From NCBI GenBank assembly GCA_030704615.1, contig CM060731.1, positions 5,270,001 to 5,334,000 of the forward strand: a DNA stretch of 64,000 nt, given 5' to 3'. Source of the stretch: Takakia lepidozioides (Eukaryota > Plantae > Bryophyta). A program made the position numbers and the translations under genes. The notes under the pieces were generated by a model. The model was not told where the DNA came from, searched no databases, and saw nothing but the letters and a program-made list of their open reading frames with translations. Positions 48,591 through 60,459 of the stretch are shown piece by piece (the stretch's first letter is position 1; each line of letters starts with the position of its first letter).

Positions 48591-51325
48591 TCAGATGGAG
48601 AGGACATTTTGGGGCAAGTACTCATCTCTAGAAAGTTTCAGACTACAGTGACTTGCAGAGTGGGGGAAACTTGTCTGTTGATGATAGAGAGGAGGAGGTT
48701 GTTGGGTTTCCCAAAGCAGCAGTCGCTTGTGGTGGTCGGAGTAAGTTTCCCGCCCCAGTCAGAGACACAGCCTACTAAAGTTTACAGAGGAGGTCCAGCT
48801 GAGTTGTCATGGAAATATTGAAAGCAGGAAGATTTTGGATTTGGTGAACACACGTTGCCAGGGAAGAGCCTGATTATGCCTTGAATTGACTCATTGGTTG
48901 GACACCAGCAGGCTGCAACCTGTACCAATGATCTAGACATTGGGACAGAAGAAGAGAATACTTTGCAACGGGTCCAGTTGCTAGAAAGGCAAGTCAGTGT
49001 ATTTTAAATTTTGCTTTGACTTGAGACAAGGCATAAGTCCTGCATAACTTTGGAGCTTTGAAAATTAATCCAGTAGTTGTTTGTGAAACTGGATTACTTT
49101 TGTAGTATCCACTATTGTCCTATTCATTGCAGTATTCAACTTTAGGTGGACATGCATAAATCGGATTTCAATGACTAGGAAGCAGCTGGGAGGTGTGCAG
49201 GCAGTTGAGAGTTGCTGTTGCAGAGGAGAATTATACAGAGGCCACGAGGTGGTTGTCGTAGTATTCTATCTCTCCTGTTTCTTTGGCTTCTTCTATGTAT
49301 TACTGTCTGCATGTATCTTGTTGGCAGAAATGTACGTGTGTTTTGTGTTTCTGTGTCTGACAGATGTCTTTGCCACCTATCCTCTGTCTCTTGGGCCTTC
49401 CTAGTTTACTTACCACCAAGTTGTACAATGCTTTGGTAGGTTACGGTACCTACTGGCGGGTGTAAAGTCGCAGTTAACTCCTGGGGAGCAGGTATATATC
49501 ATGAATTCGTGGGTTTGTATTGTTCTACCACACAGAGACAAAAATAAGGATGGTGGGTTGGTAGGGACTTTCTTTGCAGACAGGCAAAAGAAAATAATAG
49601 CTATTAAGGATGGTGGTGCTGATGCGCAGTGGACTCTGGCTTGTGGGGCTGGGCCAGTTTGTGTTGACAAATGCAGCAAAACTTAGAAATGGCAGCTTAG
49701 GGCAAAGGATGACAGCTATTGCAGTATGCAACTCACCCCTTCTATAGTCTAGGTGGCTCTTCTCTCTTTTCTGTCTGGAACTGCTGTTCAACGGCAACCA
49801 ACAGCAAACAGCAAAGAGAAGCAGAGAGGAAAGGGAGAGTGCAATTACCTGTTGTGTGGGCAACCTGAAGACAATATTCATTTTCTGATTCACTGTCCGG
49901 GGTTCTCTAACCAAAGAGACGCTCTCCTCAAATCTATCAAGGGAATTGTGCCTGTACCTCTGTTTACTAACTTTGAAAGTCTCGAGGCTGAGCCAAAAGC
50001 CCAGGCCCTTCTGAGGCCTTGGGCAAATCACACACAGCAGATTGATGCTTGTGTGAAGGGATTTCTAGAGGATATCTGGAAAACCCGGATCAATTCTTTG
50101 TGTTAAGGTAAGTCTTACTACCAACGTCAGCCCCTGACAGAGGTAGGTTCCGTCCCTTTATGTTCCGCTCAAACTGGGCGCGGGGTCAGTGGCCACAAGG
50201 CTACGGCAAACAACGTCTTAGGAGTACATTCTGTCTGGAACTGCCATTATGTGTGTAGTAGCACTCTATTGTACCTGAAATAAAAGTCTAGCGGGAAGCT
50301 TCCTTTGCAGCCAGTCTCTTGTTCTTCTTCTGATATGGACCCACGCACATGTGGCTATGATTACATGAACGCCATACACAGGGACCGACTTGCCAAGCCA
50401 TTGAATTGTCCTCCTTCAGCAAATTAGTGCCCTTTAATTTTGCAATATCTCTTACCGTAAAAGATTGTGTAGACTGTAGGTGATAACAGATAGCAAAACT
50501 GAGCTCAGCTCATTCTTTTACAAAATATTTACAGACCCATTTTAGTTCAGGTCATAAAAACTTAAGACTGAAAGAATTAACTGCTTGAAGCTATCAGAAT
50601 ACCAATGTTCAACATTGTTGTGGGCTAGTCAGTCAATGGGAGGGTTAGGGGACCCGCGCACACTCCCCATGCTGCTTGATGGATTGCGTGATGCCAACCC
50701 TCTTATTGTTGACCAGACTGAGAAGGTACTGTAGTCGCTCGACACCCTTGTTCCCATTCCTTGTTGTCTCCTACATACTAGATATCAAGGGAAGATAACT
50801 GGTCTATAGCAATTCCTCTACCTGTGCAGAAGGTAGGGTTATGAGAAGTGCTTAGCCACTGCCTGCAAGAGGCATTTTGTCTCCATGCAATAGTTGGGTT
50901 TGACATGTTTGTCTGATTTCTTGTGTGTCATACTGTTTCCCGCAGTTGCTTGGGGCCTGTTGTGGATGCGATGAGTTTTTGTTCTTTCTTCTTTTTTATC
51001 CCATGCTCGTCTTCTTGTTGACTGTCTGGTCTCTCTCTCTCTGTTTTCTAGTAGTTGTTTGTTTAGAACGGGTTCTTGTCTATAAAGTATCTCGCCTTCC
51101 CAAGGATGTTATGCAGCTCCTTTCTTCTGTTTGGCTGTTTATTTCATGTGCATATGATCTTGAAAGCATGTCCAGCAAACTTGTGTGGACCCTGAGCTGA
51201 TCCACATTGTCTTGAATATAGCTTCAGCGATGCACTTAATCTCTAGTCGTTGTGTTTTTAGTTGGTAAAAGGCAATGTGGAAAATAATGCGATCTGGGAG
51301 CGAAGACGTTGACCAGCGGCTTCAG
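48591..51325 (+). pseudogene. Decayed multi-exon gene with a UVR (UvrB/C) motif and a HEAT/TPR-like segment
   Basis: Spliced QLRVAVAEENYTEATR|LRYLLAGVKSQL fits the UVR motif (49204-49250 and 49440-49490); later exon KAMWKIMRSGSEDVDQRLQ|gt at 51268-51324; many stops. Confidence 0.4.
49785..50228 (+). mobile_element. 5'-truncated non-LTR retrotransposon (LINE ORF2 C-terminus plus 3' UTR), 444 bp
   Basis: 16-bp TSD TTCTGTCTGGAACTGC at 49769-49784 and 50229-50244; C..CGQPEDNIHFLIHCP..IWKTR CCHC knuckle; stop at 50106. Confidence 0.85.
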
Positions 51326-52567
51326 GTACAATTGCCTGTTTCTGTCTATTCTTTCAGTAATTTTCCCATACATGGTGAATTCCTCTGACTATGAAACTTT
51401 GTAGGCAAGGTTGCGCATCTCAATCCCTGACATTTCTTGACATTGCTGTCATTTGAAATTTTGTAGTTGCACTTTGTGAACACCAGACCATCGCTATGGT
51501 GTACTGTTTCCTCCAGAAAATTTACATAGCTGCTAGGATTCAGTACAGACCACTTTCATGTTGTGTACGTCCTAGCTCCTATTGTGCCACATGTATGATG
51601 ACGCAGCTGGTGCAAACAGTATGGAGGTAAACAGTGCAATCAGACAGGGGGTGAACTTTCAAACCGATTGAGCCTGGGTGAAGACTAACTAGGCCAACGC
51701 TCTGCCCAGGGCTAAGTCCATCCACCAGTGATGGGTTTCCCATACGTGGGTGTAATCAAAATATGGTCACTGGTACGATGTAGAGATCTAACCGTGAGCA
51801 ACAGGTGAAGTTCCTGCCAAATGTTTTGGGGATTTCAGAATCCTGGATCGAGGGCGGGACCTGTCTAAGAATATTGATGATTAAGGGGAAATCGGCCAAT
51901 GCCAAGCTGGAATATGATATTCCACTGTATTCCCGGGGCAAAAACATGCAATCTATGGAATGGGGTTTTCAGGACAAGAAGGTACTCAAATTTACAAAGG
52001 AATTTTTCGGCCAGGATTTGAAGCCCGGGGTAAATTCGCTCAAGCTCTGACATACACGTACCGGTGCTCCGAGGCTGAAGAATTGCTGCTTGTAAATTGC
52101 TTGCGGCCATGGGACCAAATCACCCAATTTCACCTGCACAACGAAGTTGGCTCGGCACCTGACGGTCCACAAGTATTTTCACAGGGCCTGGCAACCTATC
52201 ACTCAGCTCCACTCACAATTTTTGCTCAGCAAGTGGATCTCTAAATTCGCTTTTGTTTTTTTCTTCTGAGTGGTTGTGCCTTTGCTTGTGCTAACGCCAT
52301 GATTCTGAGTTCAATCCTTCGGAACTCTTCCTTCAACCCCCCCCCTCCATGGACTGTGTGTCCGCAGGGTGTTACATCCCGTGTTTCCTAGTTTGGTGCA
52401 AGAAGAATGACGGAGTGTTGCCGAAGCTGTCATGTCATGTCTTGGTCATTGTTTGATGCAGATAAAATTATTCTTCCATGGAGGCTTTGTTTGAACTATA
52501 CGATATATTTACTACCATAGGTGCCCAATGATGTGTTCAATGTGACTTTTATGACAAAATAGTTATT

Positions 52568-53576
52568 TATTTTTATTTTTATTCTTAAGGGAAACACCTG
52601 GGAGCTATAGCTCACAAATCACACCCCTTGATAGTGAGAGGAGAAAATAACCAATGTTGGGAGGGTATTGGGTACCTAGACATAGGTATCAATGCGGGTA
52701 TGTGGACCAGATCCGCAGGGTACATTGTTGGACAATACCAAGTTCATAACCTACCTGTTGGTTAAGTGCTCAGCTCATATTGATGTCGAGACATATTGAT
52801 GTTGAGACCCAGACCCTTGGATATTGATATTGATATTTATGAGGGTTAAAGAAAAACTAGATTTCTCACATATGAATCTCAAGTGGGTGGACATGTCACA
52901 TTTTAGTTTTTGATTTCCCATTGTTTCAAGGATTTATCACTCCCTTAAAAATATATTAAAACAAACTAATACTTAAACGTTGTCGAACATTGTCCAAATT
53001 TACACACCGTACCTTAAGAAATATAAATTACTTAGAGTACTTAGGAATACTAACTAACTTTATAATTCTAGCCATGTAAATAAGTACATTAGTATTAATA
53101 TTAGTTAGTAGATAACATTTTGACTTAATTAGTTAATATTCCTCATCACTTTGATAAGTTCGGATAAATTTTACTTGGACAGGGCGCTCTCAAAAAATGG
53201 TTGAAGAATTTTTTTTAAACCCCGGCCCCGGGTTGATAATAGTATGTTATCATCCATGTTTGATTGTTATTGATATGTTGTCTAATAATATTGATAATGG
53301 GCTTGATTGATAACACCCGGGTATGTAAAATCCTAAATAATTTTAGTATTGGTCTTGGGGGGGGGTATGTCCACAACCTCACCCAGCCAATACCCGAAAC
53401 CAGCGAATAATAACCTCCAAACACTGAAAATAACCTCTTTCACTGTAACTTGTGACGGCTTTCTGATGGGACATTGCCCACGGGAAGTGGGAGAAGAGCA
53501 TACCACACCCGTCAAATAGCAGGATTTGATCCCAGAATCATCTGGGTGGCACACAGTGCGCTAACCAACTGTTGGT
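52568..53576 (-). mobile_element. tRNA-derived SINE interrupted by a hAT MITE
   Basis: 10-bp TSD AATAGTTATT at 52558-52567 and 53577-53586; the two halves (52568-52651 and 53427-53576) align to the copy at 42876-43107. Confidence 0.85.
52652..53426. mobile_element. Non-autonomous hAT element (MITE), 775 bp, nested in the SINE
   Basis: 8-bp TSD AAAATAAC at 52644-52651 and 53427-53434; 18-bp TIR CAATGTTGGGAGGGTATT / AATAACCTCCAAACACTG (3 mismatches). Confidence 0.9.
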
Positions 53577-54097
53577 AATAGTTATTGTTTTGAAAATGTC
53601 AAGTTGCCAGCATCCCAACAATAACAACCTCACCAAGTGCCACAAACTCGGGTTACCCTTAGGAAACCACCATACAAAGAGATTAGGCTTACATTGGAAG
53701 AATTCTGGAAACCACAGAAAGGTATGTATGCTTGTCATTTTTGTATATTTCGGATATGTTTGTTATATGCATTGCCACAGCCTTTTGCAGTTTGCTGTTT
53801 GTTCTAATCTAAATTGATACCTTTATAGTAGTAGGCGGTATGTGTCTTGTGCTCTTTAAAGTTTAAAGGGTCCATTCCATCTTTTGAAAAAAATTGGGAG
53901 TCCTAACAACTATTTTCATTATAATCTTTGTAAGAATCAGGACAGCACTCTGATCCATATACTGTCACCAGAATCAATCAAAAGACACCCCTTCAGTCAA
54001 GTGCAATTATGGGATGACTTCCCACCTATGCCGGGTAGACCCCACTATTATTTCCTGTGGATATGCCATAGGAAATGCACTCAACAGTACATGATGG

Positions 54098-57000
54098 CCA
54101 ACAATCTTTGACATGAATTTGGTGGAGGTCTGGCAGTCACCACACACTCGAAGATTCTTGATGAGACGGAGAGGCGTCCTAGGGGTTGTGCTGACCAACC
54201 CAAAACCTATGGCCAGCTTCTCACTGTGGTGGCAAAGAGAAAATTCATTTTCCTTCCTCCCCGACATCATGCAAGACAAAGCGCGTGTTAGGCACATATC
54301 CTACCTCCTCCATCTGCCCAGGCAATCTTCTCAGCTCAGCATGGATTCCCTTAATTCTGGGATGCAACTTGTCATCTACGACAAAGGTGTGCACCCTGTT
54401 GCCAACCTCAATGCAACAGCGACCTGGCTGCTTTCTAACACCTCTGACCTTCATCATTCTTATCACCTTTGCAGTATCATCCCACCTGCCAGCTGCAGCA
54501 TAGATGTTTGATAGCATCACATAAGTAGTAGCATCCTGTTCATCCCACTTGCGGATAGATGTTGTCGCACGTTCAGCCATCTCCACATTGCCATGGATTC
54601 TACAGGCACCAAGCAAGGCCTTCCACACCACAACATCTGGATTGATTGGCATTTTTTTATCAGTAATCGGTCCACTGCCTCATCCAGTTGTCCTGCATGC
54701 CAAGAAGGTCCACCATGCAGCCAAAGTGCTTTACTGTCCGAGTGACACCATCATCTTCACTCAGGGAATCGAAGTAGCGTCTTCATTCATTGAGTAGGCC
54801 AGTGTGGTTGCATGCAGAGGGAACACATATAAAGGTGATATTGTCCGGCTTCAAGCCGTTCTTTTCCATTCCTTCAAATAGTTGCAGGCCCTCCCTACGA
54901 CAACCATGCTGGGCATATCCTGCAATCATCGCATTCCATGAAACCACATTTCGTTCAGCCATATTGTCAAACACTCCCTTTGCATCCTCAATGCACCCGC
55001 ATTTAGCATACATGTCCATGAGGGCAGTGTCCAGAATGACACCTGGTACACTTCCAGCTTTCATGATGTCAGCGTGGACTTCTTTACCCTTTTCGAGAGC
55101 TGCCAGGGCAGCACAAGCATTGCAAGCAAAAACGAACGTAACCTGGTCAGCTTTTTCACCCTTCCTGCATCATTTTTTCATAGGTCCCCAAAGTCTTCAT
55201 CCAGCACCCATGCTGGGCATATCCCCTGATCATCGCATTCCAGGACACCAAATTTTGTTCAGCCATATTGTCAAAGACTCCCTTTGCATCTTCGATGCTC
55301 CCGCATTTTGCATACATGTCCACAAGGGTACTGTTCAGAATGGTATCTGATACAATTCCAGTTCTCAAGATATCAGCGTGGACCTCTTTGCCTTTTTCCA
55401 GGGCTACCAAGCTCGCACACACATTGCAAACGCAGACAAACGTGATCTGGTTGGGCTTCACCCCTTCCACATCATTCGGTCATATTCCCAACCCATGGTC
55501 CCCAAAGCCTCCATCCCACACCCTGCTGGGCGTATCCTGCGATCATTGCACTCTATGACACCACATTTCGTTCAGCCATATTGTCGAACACTCCCTTTGC
55601 ATCCTCAATGCTCCTGCATTTGGCATACATGTCCACAAGGGCAGTGTCCATAATGACACCTGGTACAATTCTAGCTTTTTTGATGTCAGTATGGACCTGT
55701 TTGCCTTTTTCCAGGGCTGCCAGGTTTGCACAAGCATTACAGATGCAACCAAACATGACCTGGTTGGGCTTCACCCCCTCCCACATCATCTGCTCATAGG
55801 TCTCCAAAGCCTCCATCCCAAACCCATGTTGGACATATCCTGCGATCATCATCGCACTCCATGACACCACCTTTCGTTCAGCCATTTTTGTCAAAGACTC
55901 CCTTTGCATCTTTGATGCTCCTGCATTTGGCATACATGTCTACGAGGGCAGTATCCAGAATGACATCTGGTACAATTCCAGCGTTCATGATGTCAGCATG
56001 GAACTCTTTGCCCTTTTCCAGGGCTGCCAGCCTCGCACAAGCATTGCAAAGACAAACAACGTGACATGGTCAGGCTTCACACCCTTTCCCGTCTCTTTGC
56101 TCATAGGTCCCCAAAGCCTCCATCCCACACCCATGCTGGGCATATCCTGTGATCATCGCATTCCATGACACCACATCTCGTTCAGCCATGTTGTCAAATA
56201 CTCTCTTTGCAACCTTCATGCTCCCGCATTTCGCATTCATGTCAACAAGGCTATTGTTCAAAAATCAGATTTGGTACAAGTCCAGCTTTCATGATGTCAG
56301 CATGGACCTCTTTGCCCTTTTCCAGGGCTGCCAGTCTCGCACAAGCCTTGAGAATGCAAACAAATGTGACCTGATCGGCGCATCTCCCCTGCTGTATCAT
56401 TTGATCATATGTCTCAAAGGCATTCCTACCCAACCCATGCTTGTATATCCTGCCACCATATTGTTGAACACTAGACAGGCCTCCCTTACACTCCCATATT
56501 TGGCATACATGTTAACAAGGGTAGTCTCCCAATTAATATATGACGAAATTCCACCTTTGATAATGTCAGCATGGATATCTTTGCCCTTCTCCAGGGCCAC
56601 CATGCTGGCACCACCTTTGAGAACACAATGAATGTGGCTTGCACACGCATTACAAATGCACACAAACATGATGTGGTCGGGCTTCCCCCCTTCCCCCATC
56701 ATGGACCTCTTTGCCCTTTTCCAGGGCTGTCAGGCTTGCACAAGCATTACAAACGACCCAACGTGATGTGGTGGCACTTCACCCCTTCCCCCATCATTTG
56801 CTCATAGGTTTCCAAGGCCTCCGTCCCGCGCCCCTGCTGTGCAGATCCTGCAAGCATCGCGTTCCACGACACCAAATCTCGTTCAGCCATATTATTGAAG
56901 ACTCCCACCGCATCCTCAATGCTCCCACATTTGGCATATATGTCCACGAGGGTATTGTTCAGAATCACATCTGGTACAATTCCTGCTTTTGTGATGCAAC

Positions 57001-58220
57001 CATGCACCTCTTTGCCCTTTTCCAGGGCTGCTAGGCTTGCACACGCACTGCAACCGCACACAAACATGATGTGGTCGGGCTTCACCCCTTCCACACATCA
57101 TTTGCTCATAGTCTCCAAAGCCTCCATCCCGCGCCCCTGATGTACATACCCTGCAAGCATCGTGTTCCACGACACCACATCTCATTCATCCAGAGTGTTG
57201 AACACCCTTTCACATCCTCAATGCTCCCACATTTGGCATAATATTTCACCAGAGCAGTGTTCAGTGTTCGTTGCTCCTTCAGTTCCCACGCCCTTGCTGT
57301 GCAATCATCGCACTCCACGACACCATATCTCGTTCAACCATACTGTCGAACACTCCCATCATACATGTCCGCGAGGGTATTGTCCAGAATGACATTTGGT
57401 ACAATTGCAGCTCTGACAATGTCGCCATGGACCTCTTTGCCCTTTTCCAGAGCTGCCAGGCTTACATACAAATTGCACATGCACACAAACGTGATGTGGT
57501 TGGGCTTCACCCCTTCGCGCAACATTTGCTCATAGGTCTCCAAAGCATTAATCTTACCACACCCATGCTTGGTAAATCCTGCCAACATTATATTCCACGT
57601 GATCAAAGATCGTTGAGGCATTCTGTAGACCACTTGGTGAGCATCCATGATGCTCTCGCACTTAATATACATGCTGACAAGGGTGTTGAGTGAAAAACAT
57701 TTGGTGTGAATCCATTTTGCATAATGTGAGTGTGCACCTGTTTTCCAGCTTCCAGACCTTCCATCTCGATGCACTTAAGCAAGAGACAGACATATGTATC
57801 TGAATCTGCTGAAATGCCTCCTTGGTTTGGAGTCTATAGAGCCTCTGTCAGGCTGCCTGCCGCACAAAGTATCTTCACATGCTCAGAAGTGCCAGAAGAG
57901 GCATTGTGGACTCCCTCTCTCGATCATCTTTCAGAAGCTGTGGTCATGGTTGAGGTGCCTGATTCTATCAACATGTGGATCAATAGCTACAATAAAACTT
58001 TCTGGGTAGATGGTCAACTAAAGGCAGCAGCCAGCTAGCACCTCCCGTTCTGCAAGGTCAATTTTTTGGGGAAGAATAGACTGCGGTAATATAGGAGCTT
58101 GAAGTCCGGCCCTCTTGGATGAATCTGTCCACCCACACACTATCCCTGCTCCTTCATCTATCCATGCCTCTGCACAAATCATACATACATCCTTGCCTTG
58201 CTACTATCAGCTGACAATGA
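54098..58220 (-). pseudogene. Long PLS-E-DYW PPR (organellar C-to-U editing factor) pseudogene, DYW domain truncated
   Basis: About ten P-L-S triplets ([40 protein letters not shown]) in shifting frames; E domain; HHSEKLAIGFGL..KNLRVCGDC..KIVG, after which the homology breaks. Confidence 0.93.
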
Positions 58221-58424
58221 CAACCTAGATTTGTTTCAAGAAACACCCAACTCAACTTATCACACTAGTTCCCATGTTCAATTTCATCTGCAACTCTCTG
58301 TAATCCAACTGGCATTCACCTTTTGCCTCCATTGTCCCACCATTGACTGGGTCAGAAAGTATTCATTCCACACGCCTCTCCTCGGCTCTGTTACCTGTTT
58401 CTGATACTTCCTTGTTGTCACATT

Positions 58425-59135
58425 GGCAGTATCATGTCAAAGTCACTCAAACTATCAAGGTTCACTCAACCAGCTAACTTGCAGAATTCAACATGAAAAT
58501 TTAGGGCCGTTGTGATAAGAGGGAAAAACAGGGTGAAATGTGTTGAGAAGGTGCCTTCATTAGCCTGCCTGAATTTTATCAATTGTACCGCTTGCTGCGC
58601 TGCGCGCTTCCCAGTTGAACTATCTACTACTACCCATGCAGGTTTCTTGTAGCTATCCTTCCACAGGGAAACATAGGTGATCTGGACTTGAAATACGGCC
58701 CTCTTGGATGAATCTGGACCCACAATCTACAGGGTCGAATCTGATTGGAAGGGCAAACACACAGGCTGAAATAGTTCGAAGAGAAGGTGCCCTCACCCAC
58801 ATTGTCCTTGACCTTGTTTCATGACCCATGGAGACCTGCTAAGCAGTTGACACTGACCAACCCAATTCTGAATTGCATGGGCTTTCTCTCTCTGTAGTCG
58901 AACAGGCATTCACCTTTTTGTCTCCATTGTCCCACCATTGACTGGGGTCGAAAGTGTTCTTTCCAAAGCTTCTCTCTCCTCATCTCTGTTATCTATTTTT
59001 GAATCCTTTCCTGCTGCCACAACGGCAGTAACTTGTCAGGGCCGAGTCTGATGAGAGGGCAAAACCGGCTGAAATAGGTCGAAGAAGAAGGTGCCCTCAC
59101 CACAATGACCTTGACCTTGTGTCATGACCCATGGC
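58425..59135 (-). repeat. Shuffled duplicates of the PPR 5'/upstream region
   Basis: GAAGGTGCCCTCACC(C)ACA..CCTTGACCTTGT..CATGACCCATGG at ~45630, ~58783 and ~59087; 58310-58400 repeats at 58905-58995; 58635-58722 matches 45370-45460. Confidence 0.75.
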
Positions 59136-59357
59136 GACCATCAACCCAAAAGGACCTGTGTGTGTGCTGCTTGTGTCTGTAGTCAGGTAATGTTGGATTG
59201 GTATGTGAGAACCGCCACGGTGCAGCTGAGCAGGCAGAGATTGGAACACGGCCTGCTAAGACCAAGCTGAATCTGCCAGAAACCTTGTAAACATCAGGAA
59301 GAATACCAAATCGTGGTACTAAGAGCCCCCATTTGCAGGGGGACAAACTTCTTCACA

Positions 59358-59740
59358 TCGTACATTAAGAAAAACCGCACCTTGCGATTGCGGTTGTCCC
59401 CCCATCAGTGAGAGCACCTGCTGTGTACTCCTAATCTGTGAACGTCTCCATCTACGAATCGCGATCAGCCTGTGAACCCCCTCCTGCTATTGAAGAATAT
59501 CAAGAAACGGGCAGTCTGGGCAGTTTCAAAAAATATTTTTCTACGATTTCTATTGGCATTGGCACTTCGGGCAGATTTAAAAAAAGACGACGAAACGTGG
59601 TGACGATGACGTGGCGACGATGACGTTTTGACGATGATGTGGCGAAGATGACGTGGTGAAGAGAACGTGGCACTATGGCACCCTATTCCTGCTCTACGCT
59701 AAACTAGCTTCCGACCTTCGGTCGTCGCTAGAATTTCTAG
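59358..59740 (+). mobile_element. Small non-autonomous Helitron (~383 bp)
   Basis: 3' end: CGACC-TTC-GGTCG hairpin then CTAG|T (59737-59740); candidate 5' end A|TCGTACATTAAG; no TSD; internal GATGACGTGG repeats. The 5' boundary is less certain. Confidence 0.65.
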
Positions 59741-59967
59741 TACGCTTTCAGTGATGCACTAAATTTTCATTCATGTCTTTTATCTGATTTACAAATGGCT
59801 GAAAATCTGGTAAAAGAAATATAGAATTTGTTTTATGGGTTAGAGGTTTTGGGGGGTGTAGACGATGGGAGAGGGCTGCAGGGTCGGTCTTTCGCTCGCT
59901 ACAAAGCTGCGCGCTGCCTTCCACGCTGCCGTGAGCTCGCCCCAGTTATCCGCCATAGCCAGCCGCG

Positions 59968-60459
59968 ATGGTGCTAAAGACGGAGGTATGCAGGTTCAGC
60001 GGGGCCAAAATCTATCCTGGAAGGGGGATCAGGTTCATTAGGAGCGATTCACAAGTTTTTTTGTTCTTGAACAGCAAGTGCAAGCACTATTTCCATAACC
60101 GGCTGAAGCCGTCGAAGCTGTCATGGACGGCTTTGTTTCGCAAGCAGCATAAGAAGGATATACATGCAGAGGCTATCAAGAAGAAGCGCAAGACCAACAG
60201 CAAGCCTTACTCGCGCTCCATTGTAGGAGCTTCGTTGGAGGTCATCCAGAAGAAGAGGACGGAGAAGACAGAGGTTCGCCTTGCAGCACGAGAAGCAGCC
60301 TTGCGTGAGATCAAGGAGCGGATAAAGAAGACCAAGGACGAGAAGAAGGCAAAGAAGGAGGCGCTCTCCAAGCCGTCCAAGGGTGCCGGCGGGAAGGTTC
60401 AGGCGCCACGAGCTCCTCAGCCGAAGGCAGCCAAGACCGGAGCTGGCGGCAAGCGGTAA
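59968..60459 (+). CDS. RPL24: 60S ribosomal protein L24 (eL24), 163 aa, intronless
   Basis: [55 protein letters not shown]; uninterrupted ORF. Confidence 0.96.
   Translation: MVLKTEVCRFSGAKIYPGRGIRFIRSDSQVFLFLNSKCKHYFHNRLKPSKLSWTALFRKQHKKDIHAEAIKKKRKTNSKPYSRSIVGASLEVIQKKRTEKTEVRLAAREAALREIKERIKKTKDEKKAKKEALSKPSKGAGGKVQAPRAPQPKAAKTGAGGKR

Noticed and set aside
51760-52244. Possible Tudor/Agenet-like coding relic (GHWYDVEI..VKF..WIE)
   Set aside because: Needs frameshifts; resemblance too weak without a search.
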